Assembly (NCBI RefSeq): GCF_035084215.1
Contig: NC_090357.1
Coordinates: 16,554,001-16,618,000, forward strand
DNA length: 64,000 nt
Source of the DNA: Heptranchias perlo
Lineage: Eukaryota
Reading direction: 5' to 3'
Below the pieces are notes generated by a model that made no database searches, had not been told where the DNA came from, and saw only the letters and a list, made by a program, of their open reading frames with translations. The translations under genes and the position numbers were made by a program. Of this stretch, positions 39,846 through 53,410 are shown in pieces. Within the stretch, counting starts at the first letter, position 1. Every line of letters starts with the position of its first letter.

Positions 39846-40268
39846 GGTTGGGATACTTCTGTGTGTCCTCCGTGACAGTTCGTTTTCCTGATGTACTTTG
39901 TTTAAAAGACTTCTCCACAGAATCCAGAATACTTTCATTTCCTTTGTGAATCCAATTCCTTTAAAGGGTTATATAATGGTTTCAAACATAATAGGGAGCA
40001 TGTGGTCAGAACTGCTGCCATTTTGAGTTTCATTCAGTGGTTTTAGCATTTGCATATTGGGTCTGAGTTTGCAAATACTAAAATATTGGCTCTTTCAAGC
40101 TGAAATGAGGCTTGATTGCCAAGGATGTTTGAATTCTCACCACTCTTTCCAGCAGTTTATATATGCAACTAGTTAGTGGATGCCTCAGGTCAGGGAACAG
40201 AAATACTGCAGAATAGAATACATTAGAACAAGAATTGAAAGATTATACAAAATAAACAGGGACACTGA

Positions 40269-40433
<165 letters not shown>

Positions 40434-40978
40434 TAAACTTTGAACAAAATTAAATCGTCAAGCTTCACTTGCTTGTGGCTTTGATGAGCCCATTACTTTC
40501 TTTGAAATGGAACTTTTTCCACCACGATCCATTCAGTAAATAATTTTTCAGATTTGGTGGTAAAAGTGCTCCATTTACAATGGTGCTTATATTAAATACT
40601 GTGATTTAATTGTGCGTGTGTCTTAAGAGAGAAATTATGGGAGCATTTTATTTGTGAGTGTTATCAATATGTTGCCCTCATACTCTGGGCGTTTAAAAGG
40701 ATAACCAAATCAGTAGCAGGATATATTCTGATGCAACAGTGGGATTTGACAAGTTTGTGTGAGTTCTGCAGTCTCACCATGTACCGAAAAGAAGAGTTGT
40801 TTAGTGACTGTTTGTTTGGAGCACTGTGATTGGGTTGTGGCTATCATGTGATCACTAAATCTAAGCTCCAATTCATCACAGTACTCTCTTTGGATTGGCC
40901 CCTGCTAAGCAAGTTTTTAGCAGCAACCAATTAGATCTGAAATATAGTATTTTTTGACCACCATCTTGCCTTCAGTAT

Positions 40979-43900
40979 GGCAGTACGGTAGCATAGTAGT
41001 TATGTTACTGGACTTGTAGTCCAGAGGCCTGGACTAATAATCCGGAATCATGAGTTCAAGTCCCGCCATGGCAGCTGGGGAATTTAAATTCAATTAATTA
41101 AATAAAATCTGGAATGAAAAAACTATATCAGTATTGGTGGCCATGAAATTACCGGATTGTCCTAAAAACCCATCTGGTTCACTAATGTCCTTTAGGGAAG
41201 GAAACCTGCCGTCCTTACCCTGTCTGGCCTATATGTGACTCCAGACCCACAGCAATGTGGTTGATTCTTAATCGCCCTCTGAAATGGCCTAGCAAGCCAC
41301 TCAGTTGTACAATCTCGCTAAAAAAAGCCATAACAAGAATAAAACCGGATGGACCACCCGGCATCGGACCACTAGGCACCGGACACGACAAAGGCAAACC
41401 AAGCCCAGTCGACCCTGCAAAGTCCTCCTCACTACATCTGGGGACTTGTGCCAAAATTGGGAGAGCTGTCCCACAGACTAGTCAAGCAACAGCCTGACAT
41501 AGCCATACTCACAGAATCATACCTTTCAGCCAACGTCCCAGACCCCTCCATCACCATCCCTGGGTATGTCCTGTCCCACCGGCAGGACAGACCCACCAGA
41601 GGTGGCGGTACAGTGATATACAGTCAGGAGGGAGTGGCCCTGGGAGTCCTTAACATTGACTCTGGACCCCATGAAATCTCATGGCATCAGGTCAAACATG
41701 GGCGAGGAAACCTTCTGCTGATTACCACCTACCGCTCTCCATCAGCTGATGAATCAGTCCTCCTCCATGTTGAGCACCACTTGGAGGAAGCACTGAGGGT
41801 AGCAAGGGCACAGAATGTACTCTGGGTGGGGGACTTCCATGTCCATCACCAAGAGTGGCTCGGTAGCACCACTACTGACCGAGCTGGCCGAGCCCTGAAG
41901 GGCCTAGCTGCCAGACTGGTCCTGTGGCAGGTGGTGAACGAACCAACACAAGGGAAAAACCTACTTGACCTCGTCCTCACCAATCTACCTGTCGCAGATG
42001 CATCTGTCCATGACAGTATTGGTAGAAGTGACCACTGCACAGTCCTCGTAGAGACGAAGTCCCGTCTTCGCACTGAGGACATCATTCAACGTGTTGTGTG
42101 GCACTATCACCGTGCTAAATGGGATAGATTCAGGACAGATCTAGTAGCTCAAAACTGGGCATCCATGAGGCGCTGTGGGCCATCAGCAGCAGCAGATTTG
42201 TAATCCAGCATAATCTGTAACCTCATGGCCCGGCATACCACTCTACCATTACCAACAAGCCATGGGATCAACCCTGGTTCAATGAGGAGTGTAGAAGAGC
42301 ATGCCAGGAGCAGCATCAGGCATACCTAAAAATGAGGTGCCAACCTGGTGAAGCTACAACTCAGGACTATTTGCATGCTAAACAGCGGAAGCAACATGCT
42401 ATAGAGCTAAGCGATTCCACAACCAATGGATCAGATCAAAGCTCTGCAGTCCTGCCACATCCAGTCGTGAATGGTGGTGGACAATTAAACAACTAACGGG
42501 AGGACAACACTCTGTAAACATCCCCATCCTCAATGATGGCGGAGTCCAGCACGTGAGTGGAAAAGACTATGCTGAAGCGTTTGCAACCATCTTCAGCCAG
42601 AAGTGCCGAGTGGATGATCCATCTCGGCCTCCTCCCGATATCCCCACCATAACAGAAGCCAGTCTTCAGCCAATTCGATTCACTCCACGTGATATCAAGA
42701 AACGGCTGAGTGCACTGAATACAGCAAAGGCTATGGGCCCTGACAACATCCCGGCTGTAGTGCTGAAGACTTGTGCTCCAGAACTAGCCGCACCTCCAGC
42801 CAAACTGTTCCAATACAGCTACAACCCTGACATCTACCCGACAATGTGGAAAATTGCCCAGGTATGTCCTGTTCACAAAAAGCAGGACAAATCCAATCCG
42901 GCCAATTACCGCCCCATCAGTCTACTCTCAATCATCAGCAAAGTGATGAAGGTGTCATCGACAGTGCTATCTAAGTGGCACTTACCAATAACCTTCTTAC
43001 CGATGCTCAGTTTGGGTTCCGCCAGGACCACTCAGCTCCAGACCTCATTACAGCCTTGGTCCAAACATGAACAAAAGAGCTGAATTGCAGAGGTGAGGTG
43101 AGAGTGACTGCTCTTGGTAGCATTTGACCGAGTGTGGCACCAAGGAGCTCTAGTAAAATTGAAGTCAATGGGAATCAAGGGGAAAACTCTCCAGTGGCTG
43201 GAGTCATACCTAGCACAAAGGAAGATGGTAGTGGTTGTTGGAGCCCAATCATCTCAGCCCCAGGACATTGCTGCAGGTGTTCCTCAGGGCAGTGTCCTTG
43301 GCTCAACCACCTTCAGCTGCTTCATCAATGACCTTCCCTCCATCATACAGTCAGAAATGGGGATGTTCGCTGATGATTGTACAGTGTTCAGCTCCATTCG
43401 CAACCCCTCAGATAATGAAGCAGTCTGTGCCCGCATGCAGCAAGACCTGGACAACATCCAGGCTTGGGCTGATAAGTGACAAATAACATTTGTGCCAGAC
43501 AATGACCATCTCCAACAAGAGAGAGTCTAACCACCTCCCCTTGACATTCAACGGCATTGCCAAATCCCCCACCATCAACATCCTGGGGGTCACCATTGAC
43601 CAGAAACATAACTGGACCAGCCACATAAATACTGTGGCTACAAGAGCAGGTCAGAGGCTGGGTATTCTGCAGCGAGTGACTCACCTACTGACTCCCCAAA
43701 GCCTTTCCACCATCTACAAGGCACAAGTCAGGAGTGTGATGGAATACTTTCCACTTGCCTGGATGATGGCAGCTCCAACAACACTCAAGAAGCTCTGCAC
43801 CATCCAGGAAAAAGCAGCCCGCTTGATTGGCACCCCTTCCACCACCCTAAATATTCACTCCCTTCACCACCGGCGCACTGTGGCTGCAGTGTGCACCATC

Positions 43901-44244
43901 CACAGGATGCACTGCAGCAACTCGCCAAGGCTTTTTCGACAGCACCTCCCAAACCCGTGACCTCTACCACCTATAAGGACAAGGGCAGCAGGCACAAGGA
44001 GACAACATCACCTGCACATTCCCCTCTAAGTCACACACCATCCCGACTTGGAAATATATCGCCGTTCCTTCATCGTCACTGGGTCAAAATCCTGGAACTC
44101 CCCACCTAACAGCACTGTGGGAGAACCTTCAACACACGGACTGCAGCGGTTCAAGAAGGCGGCTCACCACCACCTTCTCAAGGGCAATTAGGGATGGGCA
44201 ACAAATGCTGGCCTTGCCAGCGACGCCCACATCCCATGAACAAT
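40979..44244 (+). mobile_element. Apparently full-length CR1-group LINE (APE+RT, no ORF1) with tRNA/SINE-like 5' head; frameshifted
   Basis: Box A-like 40989-41000, box B GAGTTCAAGTCC 41052-41063; APE motifs AILTES, WVGDF, LLDLVLTN, SDH; RT motifs NYRPISLL, AFDRVWH, PQGSVLG, FADD; 3' tail to catcccatgaac. Confidence 0.9.
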
Positions 44245-45231
44245 TTTTTTTTTTTAAAGTTTGCAATTAGCTCCCTCCCAGTCTGGCTTCATGTTTGATT
44301 GCTCACTTCTAGCAGTGATTCCAGGTTGCATACTCCCACTTGCTGCTGGGTCTCCACAAGTGCTTTATTCCTGAACCATGAGGGCTCTGCCAAGTGCTTC
44401 AGCTCTACTTCTGGCCTAGGTAGGCCTGGAACCCATTCCCCACCATTTTGTCTCTCCAGACTCTGCTCGCCACCATTTCATTGCTCCAGGTACCAAGTTA
44501 ACTTCTTATTAAACCACTTCCCTACCTCAGTCTGCCACGGTCTCCCTCCCTGGCTTCAAGTGGGAGAGAGAGGAAGACAACTTGTTAAACAGGAGGGGAG
44601 AGAAATATATGGAGAAAAGTGAGACCCTATTAAATGAGAGTAGGGTGAAAGAGAAAGGCCATATTGAGTGGTGAGAGAAACCCTGTTGATGATTGGGGGG
44701 AGGGGGGGAGATATGAAAAGAGACCCTGTTGTGATGCAGGGACCATGACAGAAATAGAGATTAATGCTTGGCATTGGAATGCAGGTGAAAATCCTATCAG
44801 TCCTCCCATTACAGTGTATTTTCTTACATATTCTACCAATTACAGCATTTTCAATTAAAACACCAAAGAGTGACTAGTTAGCCAGGATTTGGATTTTTTT
44901 AAATGAAAAGTAGCCTTAAAGAAATTTGTGACATGTGAGAGAATTTTGAATAAATTTTACTTTTATCAGACTAAATGGTACAATGATAACTTGTAAAGAT
45001 CTCTTCAGATGTTTTTGAATAGCAGCATTAGATATCATCTGCACTGTAATAAATTGAAGTTTGAAAGAAACATCACCAGATTAGTACTTCAGTTTTGTCA
45101 AATTCTACATTTGTGGCTTGATAATCCACACATTTGATCTGTATTCAGATTTGATCTAATCAGTAATGAGTGCAGACTCTGCCATTGAAGTAGCATCATC
45201 ATAGAAACCTAACTTGCAGTGTTGGTTTTAG

Positions 45232-45372
45232 GTGCCTGAAGAGACACTGGCTTTCATCAGAAGTCAGGGTGTTGATGCTGTGGTTCTACAAACAGAGAAG
45301 GCTGTGCAGCAGTATAACAAACTAGTGAAAGAGGGGGTTGCTGTTGGAGGAATCTTCCATTCGACCTGCTGA
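45232..45372 (+). CDS. AAMDC: AAMDC last coding exon
   Basis: ttttag|VPEETLAFIRSQGVDAVVLQTEKAVQQYNKLVKEGVAVGGIFHSTC*; total 122 aa with the family C-terminus GGxFHSTC. Confidence 0.95.
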   Translation: MPEETLAFIRSQGVDAVVLQTEKAVQQYNKLVKEGVAVGGIFHSTC

Positions 45373-45600
45373 AACCTGCTGTTCTAGCACTTAATGACCG
45401 AGCTGAGTCAACACCTTGTGTATCACAGGAGAACAGCTAGTTATGTTTGGATGCCAAGTTTTAGCATTCTATTATGATTTTTTAAAATATAAGCAAACTA
45501 ACTCATAAAAATTAAAGCTGTTCAGTAGCCCATAATTTCTAGTGAAAAAATTATTTGGACTGCAATGATGCAATGCTTGATATTTTCTGTCTGAGCGGTT

Positions 45601-45606
45601 AATAAA
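45601..45606 (+). terminator. AAMDC candidate polyadenylation signal
   Basis: AATAAA about 230 nt after the stop, with a GT-rich element downstream. Confidence 0.6.
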
Positions 45607-47127
45607 CATTCCTTGTTGCCTCCTACTAAAGTGTATGTTGAACTTTATTATATCACTTCTGATGGCTATTGCATACATTGGGTTATAATGAGTGCCATGA
45701 ACATGGGATATTTACCGTATACATATGTGGCCCAGAATAGCATGTAGTAGGTGCTTGTTATCTTCTTTACATTGGATCTGGAATTGACTCTGTAATTGAG
45801 GTAACATGATGACCTGAATTACTTTCCTGCAAGCCACTGGTAATTTGAAAGTCAATGAATCAACTACATGTTAACTGTCCCCATCTGCAGTAACCTCCAG
45901 CTGTAGCCATGGCAACTTCTTTGCCATAACTGCCCTTAACAATTCTGGAGCATCAAGAGCACAGAAAACCCCCACACAGTGACAATATGCAAATGATTCA
46001 TCAAAAACTTATATAACTGACAACAAACTTGTACGAAACATCACCTAAATAAAATGGAGTCAAATAAACTTCCATAAGAGCCCATACTGCATGACAACCA
46101 GATTTTTGACCAAACTGCAACTAATGACTTGCCAGACATCATAGTGATAACAGCTTAAAGGATTCTGAGGTACATACAACACCATACAAGGTGTGATGTC
46201 ACTGTGCTGCAACCCACATAAGTGTTTTTAATTTCTAACTGTAACCACACAATCTATATGCAAATGTTGTAGGAACAGAATATTTCATATGAACTGCTGG
46301 ATACTTTTTCTCTCTTCTAAACTCATTTAAATGAATTTTTCAAGTCCAAAAATGTTTACTTCAGCCAGAAAAACAGCTTTAATAAAAAATAAATACATTA
46401 ACTAAATAATGGGATAGACAAGAGCTGAAATAAACCCAAAAGGATCAATTGGAGCAGGAAAGAGGAAGAATTATAAAAACACTGAAGAACTAGAGTTTGG
46501 GGAGATTAGCATTTAAGGCATTTTCAAACTTCTTTGGTAAGAGAGTAGATTTCTGAGCCAAGGCAATTTTTTAAATGTCAGTAAATTGATGTCATACCCA
46601 GTAATCTAAACTAGGAGTATATTTTCCAGCTGGAAAATTATACTCAGCAACCAGCCAGGCTTGGTGAGCTAAATATCAAAGCAACTTGAAACTCAAACGA
46701 GTGAAGAGCCAGACTTTTGGGAAGTGGTCTGTGGCTTGTAGATGAGATGCTTTCTGGTGTGTCAACAATGGCTAGCCTGCCCTTAAACAAATTTTTTGTA
46801 CATTGTGAAACGCCAATGTAGGTGAAGGTGACCTCAGATTAGTAAATGTGAAGACTTTAATCGGTTCAACGAGCTAACCACACTATACTGCATCAGCATT
46901 GTCAGAAAGTAAAATACTCAACAAAATCTTGCATAGGGACTTCATTTTCTACCAAAGCTTGGGCAGGATTCTTTAATCTTAAGTGTACTGTCTTGTCCAG
47001 AAAGACTTGCTCGAAAAATAAATCACTGCACGTAGCAATATAATCCAGACAATCTGTGTTGACGAAGTTATCCCAACCACGAGTTAGTGTGGCCTGTTCT
47101 CCGCAAAATTAGATTTAAGTGACATCT

Positions 47128-47555
47128 TGGCCCGGGTGGTAGCACCCTTGCCTCTGAATCAGAAGGTTGTGGGTTTAAGTCCCACTATGGATTTGAACAC
47201 ATAATTAGGATGGCACCTCACCACAGTACTGAGGGAGTATTGTTGAAGATACTGTCTTTCCAATGAGATGTTAAACTAAGGGCCCATCTGTCTGCTCAGG
47301 TGAATGTAAAAGATCCCATTAGTAGAGATTTCTTTCTGTGACCTAACCAACATTCCTCCCTCAAGTAACAACGCTAAAAATACATTTCCTGGTCATTCAT
47401 TTGTTGCTATTTTTGGGTCCTTGCTGTGTGTAAATTGTCAGCCATGTTTACCCGCATAACAGTAATTCTATTTTAAAAGTAATTCTGGTTGTAAAGCGCT
47501 TTGGGATGCCTTTAGGATATGATAAGCTGCTATGTAAATGGAAGTTCGTTCTTTT
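47128..47555 (+). mobile_element. DeuSINE-type tRNA SINE (SacSINE1/AmnSINE-like)
   Basis: tRNA head (ggtggtagcac...gggtttaagtccc), Deu-like core aaactaagggcccatctg...tcaggtgaatgtaaaagatcccat, L2-type tail. Confidence 0.7.
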
Positions 47556-47849
47556 TAAGGCCAGGATGATCCATAACCCAAGCTATTTAGCAGAGACACA
47601 ACTGATCTCAAAAGCATAAGATATGTAAATCAAAATGGCAGACTCTGTTATCTCTTAGCCATATTCATTCATATGAATTTATACAGCTGTTTTGCCTATA
47701 CTTTGCAGTGCAGAGAAAGCATCTCACATTTGGACTCGAATTCTGTGAATCAAAGTACAATAGTGTGATTTCACTGTTGCTCAGGAGCATAGCTGTAAAT
47801 TGCCATTACAAAAAAAACACAAATAAATCAGAATTCTCATCACAAGATA

Positions 47850-48265
47850 CTTATGGATGAGGAAGGCCATTTGGGAACAACCCATCACTCCTCACTTTGC
47901 AGCATCTAATTGTTTCTTAAAGGATTCCAGGATTTTTGCCTTTAGCACCCTGCCTGGAAATTCATTCCAAGTGATCACTTTCTGCTTGAAGAAGAACTTC
48001 CTGGTATCTGTCCTAAAGATACCTTTTATTCATTTGAATCTGTGTTCTCTTGTCCTACTATTTATTTAAAAGTACTATAATGGATTAACCTTTTCCACAC
48101 CATTTACTATACTACATACCTCTATAAGATGACCTCTCAGACACCTCCTTTCCAAGCTGAAAAACCCGAGCCTCTCCAGTCTTTCCTCGTAATTCAAACG
48201 TCTGACACTAAAAATCTGTCATTTGGCTCGTCTCTGCATTGCCTCCCATGCTTGAATGTCTCCGT
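47850..48265 (-). mobile_element. Old CR1 3' fragment
   Basis: Reverse complement of ERLERLGFFSLERRCLRGHLIEV and KFFFKQKVITWNEFPG. Confidence 0.65.
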
Positions 48266-48884
48266 TATTTCAGCTCACCTGCCTACATAACATCTTGATA
48301 CATGCAGCAAGCTACCCTGCATGTTCAAAGCATCAAATGCAATCTCTACTCAAAAGGAAGGAGGTTTTTTTTTCCCTTCAAATGTTCTTCTCTTCCCCCC
48401 CCCCCCCCCCTTGAAGGCACTGACTCACGTTGAGGTACAGTTCCAGAGACACCAGCTGACCTCCTGTAGTTTAACCTAGGTGAGACTGTTCTTCGTGTAT
48501 GAGATTGGACAGTGAGTGTCACAATGGTATTCAACTATGGGGGGGCATTGTTGCAAAGCCCAATCTTCTTCTCACCCTACATCCACACACATACACTTTA
48601 CAGTTTGAATAACGGGAATGGGAACTTAGCTGATCTTTCTCCTCCCTTCCTGGGGTACTGAAGCCAGTTGCAGTGCCCCCACAGTCACTCAGCTGAGATC
48701 AGTATTCTCAACGCTGACCAGGGAATGAATAAACACAGCCACCCCCGGGGACCTCGAGAAAACTGTTCTTATTTATGTATGCCGCTTCCGAGCACTCTCA
48801 CTTCTTTATCTTTGCACGTTGATGATTGTTTTCTTCCACTGCTGATGACTTAGAAAAAAATAGAGAAGCACAAGATGAATTATG

Positions 48885-48890
48885 TTTATT
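48885..48890 (-). terminator. Candidate distal polyadenylation signal for CLMP (would give a ~6.7 kb 3' UTR)
   Basis: tttatt on + at the boundary of an AU-rich, 3'UTR-like block (48890-52000); inference only. Confidence 0.35.
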
Positions 48891-51800
48891 ATTTTACTAG
48901 AGAAAACTTACAACATTCAAACCAGAAAATGCTGTGGTAAATTACAAAAATATACATTTGCACTTGAAATGAGAAACTCTTTACATTAATTTGTGCTGCA
49001 CTATCCAGGATACAGTGCCATTTCTCTCATGTCATACCGTGTATTGAAATGTGAGCATGCATTGTGTATGACAGTTCAAAGATGATCCCTTGTAGGTTGA
49101 AGTGCTTTTAATCTTACTGACTAAGCATTTTGGAGCAGAAGGAAACTTCAAACATATAATTAAAAAGGGCAACATAATACCACAGAGTGCAATAATTACA
49201 GATTTTTTGCTATCCCTTTTAATGTTTAGCAGTGGATTTTATTTCAATCAGGCAATTAAAGCTCTTTTCATTCCTTTCTGCTATTTCCCTGTCCTTTCCC
49301 CATATGACTATTACTTAGGACTGAGTCACAGTTTTCTGCTGCAAGAAAGATTATGGTCATCTTATCAGTATTTTTTTGTACCGTAGGCAAATAAAATATT
49401 TACAGTACCTATTGAGTTAAATATAAAAGGTTTATCTGAACTGAAATATTTCCCACTGAAGTCAGATGTAAGTACTTAGTTACTATTACAGTGCTTCATT
49501 TAAATATGTAGTTTGAAATACTATTAAAAAGAATAGCAGATAAACAGAATCTCCTGAACAAAAGAATGCTGGCATTTCATTCACCAACAAGTGTCAGTCC
49601 AATATAATATATTCTTTTCATACAGTTTGCTTTTAACTACAACAGCTTGCATTTAATTGAACTAAGGTCCTCAGTGCCTTGAGGAAAGCTGGCTCCAGTT
49701 TCCCTAATATCTTTACCACAAAATTATGTCAGGATTTTATATAATCAGATTGATGACTCTCTAGGTTCCATAGTTACAAGCTTTGGACTAACAAGTTGGC
49801 TGCAGATTGCACAGGCATTTCATTACCTTCCCTCAGTATGTAAATTTGTCAATGTAAAGCTGTCGAGCACAGCTGGTGAAATGAGAGTTCTGAAACCTTG
49901 CAGTACAATATTTGTTATTAAAAAAAGTCAATAAGAACAAAACATAAAACACACATAATAAGCCTGCCCTGTATTTAAAAACTGGAATCATTTGCACCTA
50001 AAATGTTTTTCGACATAGTATAAACTGCAATCTTCAAGTGATTCAATGTACAAGCATGAAATAATAAACAAAAAATCTGTAAATACAGAGTAGGCCTATC
50101 AACAACTAAAGAGAAAAAAAAAGGTTCAAATTTTGAATGAAGACCCTTTGTCAAAATAGTTGTGACAATTAACCTCTGCCTGGATCTTCCCTTTTCAGAT
50201 ACTAATGGGTCTGCTGTACATTACAGTATGTTCCATTTTTATTTCAAATTTCAGCGTTCACAGTTTTTATTTTTATTTCCACTGCTCAGTATTTAACACT
50301 TCAGCAAAACTGTACTTTTGCCTGCTCCTCATGTACATTTTCATTTCAAACATAAACATGCTTCACACTAAATCTGCAGCAGCTGGTATACTTAAGATCG
50401 TTTAAAGTTAATATTATTTCTCGGCATACTGGTGCTCCAATATACTGTGCCGCATGGGTAGGATTTAAATCCACGTGTCCGCTATTGATTGTGTCATGTG
50501 GAGGGGGGAGGGAGGGAGGGAGGGATGGATGGAGAGAGAGTAGAGGGAGCACCAAATAAAAGCCAAGATCATCTTCACAGGGTGGAAGGGAAATAATCAT
50601 CCCAAGTTGCTCTCGTCCAACTACCAATTGGCTAATGAGCGATACTGGCTGAGGATTAGGAGGAGGCCACCTGCCCATCCTTACATCTGAGGAATGCTGT
50701 ATCGTGTGGTGTGCTTAATAGTGAGGAGAGAACTTTTTTTTTAATGGGAAATAAAGTTAATATTTTGTTTTACATACACCTGTGAAATTTTGTACTCCTG
50801 TTAGGCTGTTACAGTTCATTATAAAGCTTGTATTTATTGAAAGCATTTTAAAAGCTAAAATTAAATTTATAGAGCAAATGAAGAAAAGCTTCCTGCAAAG
50901 TACACAGTTAAGCAGTGTTACTGCACACACACTGCAAAACCAAATGAATGAACGTTACCCTGTAACAGCTCAACCCTGCAGCAAAGAAATCTCCAATAGG
51001 TTTTTTGGTTACAAATAATTTGATTGGTTATGTAAATATTGCCCCTCTAATGACCATACTTTCACAATGTTGCTTGGTTAAGTCATACTGGGCACAATAA
51101 AGTTTTGTAACTCCAAAAACTACTCTGTAGAAAATGCAAAGCTTGTATAAGGCAATGAGCCAATGGTTTCAATACAAATATCACCAAGTGCTGCATCCAG
51201 ACTTCTCTCATTAATAACAAAAATGATGGAATTTGGCAGGTTTTTAAGATCTTTAAGCAAATATTTACAGAATAACAAAAACAAAGTTTGCTAACTATTT
51301 AAATATATATAAAAATAAAAGTAAACAAAGTTTGAAAGTGTCTGCATAGAGCAGACATCTTAGTTAAGCTTTTGTGTCCCTTTTGAATGGAATGGTATAT
51401 GTCCAATGTGCTGCGACACTGGGTAATTTGTACAGATGCTTCTGCAGGCAAAAATGTTATCTGCCAATTTTTATTTTTCAAATGTGCCGTTATCAAATTA
51501 TCGGTTGTCTTTGATAAGATTTTTAAGACAAATAATGCAAAATTTTATCTTGTAAAGTTCCCTTCATTGTTAACTTATATTAAGGACATTGTAGGTACAT
51601 ACAGGATAAAAAAATGTCTGCACATTACAGCTTTCCTGGTTAAGTTACATGGTGAATCTCAGTAAGTGGAAAACATCTGCTTTGAAAGATGTTCTTACTG
51701 TGTGAATGACATGAGCACAGTGATTCTGAGCTATTTTTGGCTCATGTCCCTGAATTCCAATATACTGCACCACATCCCATATGTTAGATAAACATGAATT

Positions 51801-52125
51801 CCCTATCCCCTGCAGTTATGGACTCTGTGCTTCCCAGGTGTTTATACAGTGTTGTTAGTAACTATCATTAAGTATTGTTGTCATATGCCCCCACCCAATC
51901 ATTAGGGATCAGAAGTCTATGATTGCTTAAAAATGTGCACCATGGTTCATGCAGTTTTTTTTCTTTCAAAGTAATTCTTGGGCCATCTTTTCTACATTAA
52001 GCCAGCGTTAAAGAATAAAAGATGAAAAGTAATTGTCAATGATCAGGCATCTTGTGAAATTAATCAGCAGAAAACAGTTTTCTAAAATCCAGTAGACACA
52101 ACCCATTTGTTCTATTAGACACATT

Positions 52126-52370
52126 GGGGGTGATTTTAAACCCCAAGAACGGGTGGGTTGGGGGCGGGTGAGAGTTGAAAATAGTTGTTTTTTTTGGGTC
52201 GCAACCGCAAAATCTTTAGACTTTGCATTCGCAACGGGAAGCCTGTACTTTTACACGCCGACATTAAACCTGTAAATAAAGCTGGGGTTGCAGTCGTGAC
52301 CCAAAAAACAACTATTTTCAACTTCCACCCGTCCCCGACCCACCCGTTCTTGGGGTTTAAAATCACTCCT
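52126..52370. mobile_element. Foldback MITE, ~85-bp TIRs, ATT target-site duplication
   Basis: gggggtgattttaaaccccaagaacgggtggg... versus ...cccacccgttcttggggtttaaaatcactcct; att at 52123-52125 and 52371-52373. Confidence 0.85.
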
Positions 52371-52884
52371 ATTAACTCTACCAAAGCTAAGGCAACACAA
52401 GTTGAAATGCAGACCCTTTGATTTGGAAGGGGCTGTAATGTCTGTCAACTATAGAAATTTCTTTGGTCTGAAAGCAATATATAACATGTGTAGATGACAA
52501 CAAAGTGTGCCTTTGGAGCTTGAGGGCAAGAATTTGACGATTAGTGATTACTGAACACTAACAGAATGAATGAGGAACAGGTTTATGTTGATCACTGCCA
52601 TCAATCATTACCCAAGACCCATCAACAGTTTCTGGAGAAGATTTCCGTCTCGCATTCTCTCAACAAAACTTCATTCTCTTTCATTGGTGTTATTAAGGTA
52701 AATAGTATGTACTAGAGTTAGCAGATTAGACCTGCATGATTAGGATCAACAGATGTTTTATTTTCTTTAACAGTTCTGTTGAAAGATAAATTGTGAGCAT
52801 AATTGATGTTGCTTAACATAGGTGAAGGTGGAGTTTGTAACATAACTGCAATTGAACTGGTGTTATAGCAGTATTATACCACCT

Positions 52885-53410
52885 AATAGACGTCTTCAAA
52901 ATAATGGAGGGGTTTGATAGGGTAGACATAGAGAAAATGTTTCCACTTGTGGCGGAGTCCAAAACTAGGGGCTATAATTATAAGATAGCCACTCATAAAT
53001 CCAATAAAGAATTCAGGAGAAACTTCTTTACCTAGAGAGTGGTTAGACAGTGAAATTTGTTACCACATGGAGTAGTTGAGGCGAATAGTGTAGATGTCTT
53101 TAAGAGGAAGTTAGATAACTACATGAGGGAGAAAGGAATAGAAGGATAGATGAAGTAGGGAGGGAGGTGGCTCGTGTGGAGCATAAACACCGGCACAGAC
53201 AAGTTGGACTGAATGGCCTGTTTCTGTGTTTTAAATTCTATGTATGTAATTTTGTTTACTGTGGAGCCATCCATTTTGGGCATCACTCCGTAACCTACAG
53301 GGCTACGCACCAAGTGCTGGAAAGTGGGATTAAGCTGGATAGCTCTTTTTCAGCCAGCACGGAGATAATGGGCCACCTTCTGTGTTGTAACTTTCTATGA
53401 TTCTATGATT
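52885..53410 (+). mobile_element. CR1 3' fragments
   Basis: LIDVFKIMEGFDRVD..KMFP; tails ttctatg/(ttctatga)n. Confidence 0.8.

Noticed and set aside
40979-41075. tRNA gene
   Set aside because: Box A/B are present but there is no clean cloverleaf, and it continues into a repeat body; it is a retroelement head.
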